7,878 nucleotides of DNA from a virus (taxonomy: Duplodnaviria > Heunggongvirae > Uroviricota > Caudoviricetes). The notes under the pieces are model-generated. The model was not told where the DNA came from. It saw only the letters and a program-made list of their open reading frames with translations, and did not search any database. Shown here in pieces: positions 5,880 through 7,878 of the stretch. Within the stretch, counting starts at the first letter, position 1, and the number at the start of each line of letters is the position of its first letter. The stretch is from IMG/VR virus record IMGVR_UViG_2671180283_000022; one strand, 5' to 3'. Made by a program: the position numbers and the translations under genes.

Positions 5880-5907
5880 GGCGGCTCCATATCGGGGCCG
5901 CTTTTTT
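5880..5907 (+). terminator. rho-independent terminator, probably bidirectional
   Basis: Stem gcggctcc(5881-5888)/ggggccgc(5894-5901) with loop atatc, then tttttt (5902-5907) on plus; on minus it is followed by a weaker UUUCU tail and sits 27 nt past the alpA stop. Confidence 0.55.
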
Positions 5908-5933
5908 CGTGTTTGTCATATCTGTGATACCCG

Positions 5934-6140
5934 TTAAGCAGCCGTTCCGCGTGCTTCCTGTTCGCGTTCTTTCTGCCAGGCCAACACATCATCCTCATAC
6001 CATCCGCGACGGCGTAAACCAACGCGAAAACCCTGCGGAAATTCTCCGGCGTTGATCATGCTTTGCAGCGTGCTGTCTGCCTTGATGTGGATAATTTTTT
6101 TTACTTCCTGGCGAAAGATAATTTTTCTGATTGCTTCCAT
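5934..6140 (-). CDS. alpA: AlpA-family transcriptional regulator / excisionase-like HTH protein (68 aa)
   Basis: ATG 6140-6138 with AAGGT SD; ...IKADSTLQSMINAGEFPQGFRVGLRRRGWYEDDVLAWQ... fits the AlpA HTH pattern (S-T-hydrophobic, G-x-F-P, G-W). Confidence 0.75.
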   Translation of the reverse strand: MEAIRKIIFRQEVKKIIHIKADSTLQSMINAGEFPQGFRVGLRRRGWYEDDVLAWQKEREQEARGTAA

Positions 6141-6158
6141 CGTGATTTACCTTGTGAA

Positions 6159-6247
6159 TCCGGTGTATTCCGGTGACAAATACGGTAAATCATCGGATAT
6201 GGGTAAAAACAGTTCCCACCGTTTTTAAACGGTATACACCGTTTTTT
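6159..6247 (-). promoter_or_regulatory. alpA upstream region with operator-like repeats
   Basis: Direct repeat TCCGGTG at 6159-6165 and 6169-6175 (10-bp spacing); perfect 7-bp-arm palindrome ACCGTTT-tt-AAACGGT at 6218-6233; third ACCGTTTTTT at 6238-6247. Confidence 0.3.
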
Positions 6248-6273
6248 ATATTGATGATTTGAAATGGAATTAT

Positions 6274-6297
6274 AAAAAAAGCGGCATTTCTGCCGCT
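6274..6297 (-). terminator. rho-independent terminator (minus strand) after the small ORF
   Basis: Stem agcggca(6280-6286)/tgccgct(6291-6297) with loop tttc; followed on the minus RNA by a 7-U tract (plus a7 at 6274-6280); 11 nt past the stop at 6308. Confidence 0.55.
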
Positions 6298-6307
6298 TCC
6301 AGGATTG

Positions 6308-6559
6308 TTACCGCCATTTTTTGGGCCTGCCTCCGATCTTCATAGATGCCGGACGTACGACCTTATCAATACTTACCGCCAGATTTCTGGAAGCGCCACG
6401 GGATACCAGAAAATCTACTACCTGTTTTTTTGATGGGGCCGTCGTCCTGTCCTCCGGATCGTAGGTTGACCAAAATTCATGCTGAACCATCAGGGCCAGT
6501 TGCAGCCCGTCGCAATTGCATCTGATATTTTTTTGCATCTTAACGGTTTCATGTTTCAC
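6308..6559 (-). CDS. hypothetical protein (83 aa from GTG 6559, or 76 aa from ATG 6538)
   Basis: Only plausible ORF between int and alpA; basic C-terminus ...GGRPKKWR; weak SD at both candidate starts; followed by a terminator. Confidence 0.4.
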   Translation of the reverse strand: MKHETVKMQKNIRCNCDGLQLALMVQHEFWSTYDPEDRTTAPSKKQVVDFLVSRGASRNLAVSIDKVVRPASMKIGGRPKKWR

Positions 6560-6593
6560 GGCCTTGTCGTTAAATTTGATGCAATTATACGAC

Positions 6594-6629
6594 GGTTTTA
6601 CATGGTTTTCGTAGTTTTTACTGGTTTTC
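6594..6629. repeat. four phased T-tracts (GGTTTT-type at about 6596, 6606, 6615, 6625)
   Basis: Roughly 10-bp periodicity across the int stop (6637-6639), upstream of the small ORF; suggests intrinsic curvature or a UP-like element. Confidence 0.3.
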
Positions 6630-6636
6630 TGTACAG

Positions 6637-7878
6637 CTACACGGCTCGGATACCCCTTTTACCACTGGCGAGGGTTACGCCCGTCGCCGCAGCCTCGACA
6701 AATTCGCCCCACCAGCGCATCAGCACGATGCGTTTTTCTATGTAGTTGCTCCGGTTGTATGCCCGTCTAACTTCGTTGGTGTCGACGTGGGCAAGTGCCG
6801 CCTCTATTACGTCCGGCTCGAATCCTTCCTCGTTCGCTGCTGTGCTGAATATGGCGCGTAATCCATGAGACACCAGCACGCCAGCGAATCCCATACGCCG
6901 CAATGCTGCGTTAGCTGTCTGGCTGTTCATCGGCTGCTGTGGGTCTTTCAGACTTGGGAAAACGTAATTGCGGTGGTGGCTGATTGGTTTCATGGCCTCC
7001 AGCACCGCCATAGCCTGACCGGAAAGCGGGATAACGTGATCCCTGCGCATCTTCATGCGTCCGGCAGGTATCGTCCATTGCTTCGCGTCCAGGTTGATTT
7101 CATCCCACCGCGTTGATGACGCTTCGGCGGGACGGGTTACGGTCAGTAACTGCCATTCAATCAGTAATCTGGTCTGCCGTTCTGTTGCCGATACTGATAA
7201 AGCCTGCATAAGCTCCGGCAGCTGTTCGGGGCGGATTGTTGGCATATGTTTTTTTACAGGTGAGGGAAACGCCTTACGCACATTCATAGCCGGATTGGCA
7301 TCAATCAGCCCACTGTTGGCGGCGTAATCCATTACCTCATTAACGCGCTGTAAAACCCGCTTGAGTGTTTCCAGGTTGCCGCGCTCCTTGATGGGGGTAA
7401 GCACTTCAACGAACCTTCGGGCGGTGAGGGTATCTATTGGCGTGTTGCCGATGAACGGGAATACATATTTATCCAGCGAACGCCAGATGTCTTTAATCGT
7501 GTTGGGGGCCAGATTCTGGCTGATTTTCACCTGGTACCATGCCGCCGCCACATTTTCGAACGTGTTCCCTTGTCTTCGGGCCTCTGTCTCTCTTTTTTGC
7601 CTCTCGTGGTCCTGCGGGTCAGTTCCGGCACTGATTAACGTCCTGTACTCGCTACGGCGTTTTCTGGCATCAGCCAGGGAAACATCTTCAAGCGATCCAA
7701 AACTCAGCAATATTCTTTTTTTGTCCGATGGTCGGTAGTAGGAAAATCTCCAGAGTTTTGATCCAGACGGTTTGACCAGGAGAAAAAGCCCTCCGCCGTC
7801 CTGCAGGGTGTACTCCTTTTGCGCTGGTCTGGCTGCTTTGATCTGCACTGTGGTTAATGGGTGTGTTTTTCTCGCCAT
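6637..7878 (-). CDS. int: P4-type tyrosine integrase (413 aa, complete; ATG is the last triplet of the window)
   Basis: N-terminal arm-binding signature ...LTTVQIKAARPAQKEYTLQDGGGLFLLVKPSGSKLWRFSYY...; C-terminal catalytic region with ...HGLRA... and ...RAYNRSNY... (putative catalytic Tyr); stop TAG at 6639-6637. Confidence 0.9.
   Translation of the reverse strand: MARKTHPLTTVQIKAARPAQKEYTLQDGGGLFLLVKPSGSKLWRFSYYRPSDKKRILLSFGSLEDVSLADARKRRSEYRTLISAGTDPQDHERQKRETEARRQGNTFENVAAAWYQVKISQNLAPNTIKDIWRSLDKYVFPFIGNTPIDTLTARRFVEVLTPIKERGNLETLKRVLQRVNEVMDYAANSGLIDANPAMNVRKAFPSPVKKHMPTIRPEQLPELMQALSVSATERQTRLLIEWQLLTVTRPAEASSTRWDEINLDAKQWTIPAGRMKMRRDHVIPLSGQAMAVLEAMKPISHHRNYVFPSLKDPQQPMNSQTANAALRRMGFAGVLVSHGLRAIFSTAANEEGFEPDVIEAALAHVDTNEVRRAYNRSNYIEKRIVLMRWWGEFVEAAATGVTLASGKRGIRAV

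Noticed and set aside
5254-5919. 221-aa minus-strand ORF spanning the alpA to paralog intergenic region
   Set aside because: Translation is Cys/Ser/Arg-rich and low-complexity with no SD; it is the antisense shadow of the purine-rich plus-strand Arc-like and small basic ORFs and would run through two hairpin terminators.
6865-7738. Plus-strand ORFs inside the integrase gene (6865..7116, 7055..7327, 7361..7738)
   Set aside because: Antisense shadows of the integrase.
7800-7878. tRNA or att site at the int-proximal edge
   Set aside because: The window ends at the int start codon; no tRNA-like sequence or att repeat is visible inside the window.

Overview
This 7.9 kb window reads as the integrase-proximal part of a P4-like/PICI-like phage satellite (integrated mobile element), with nearly all genes on the minus strand running from 7878 down to 1. 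Order: P4-type tyrosine integrase (7878..6637), a small hypothetical ORF, an AlpA-family regulator, then the only plus-strand unit (an Arc-like ribbon-helix-helix protein plus a small basic protein, bracketed by hairpin terminators). After that comes a translationally coupled minus-strand operon (two paralogous small proteins, two hypotheticals, a RecA-like replication ATPase) ending in an iteron-type origin, and finally a packaging operon with a small terminase subunit and an HK97-fold major capsid protein. The most interesting points are the insulated plus-strand cassette, the tandem paralogs with a decayed third copy, and a frame-independent GTAAC repeat array in and upstream of terS. Limits: no search or folding program was run; all family calls rest on motifs recognised by eye in the translations, and start codons of small genes are uncertain. 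No tRNA, att site, rRNA or CRISPR array was seen in the window.
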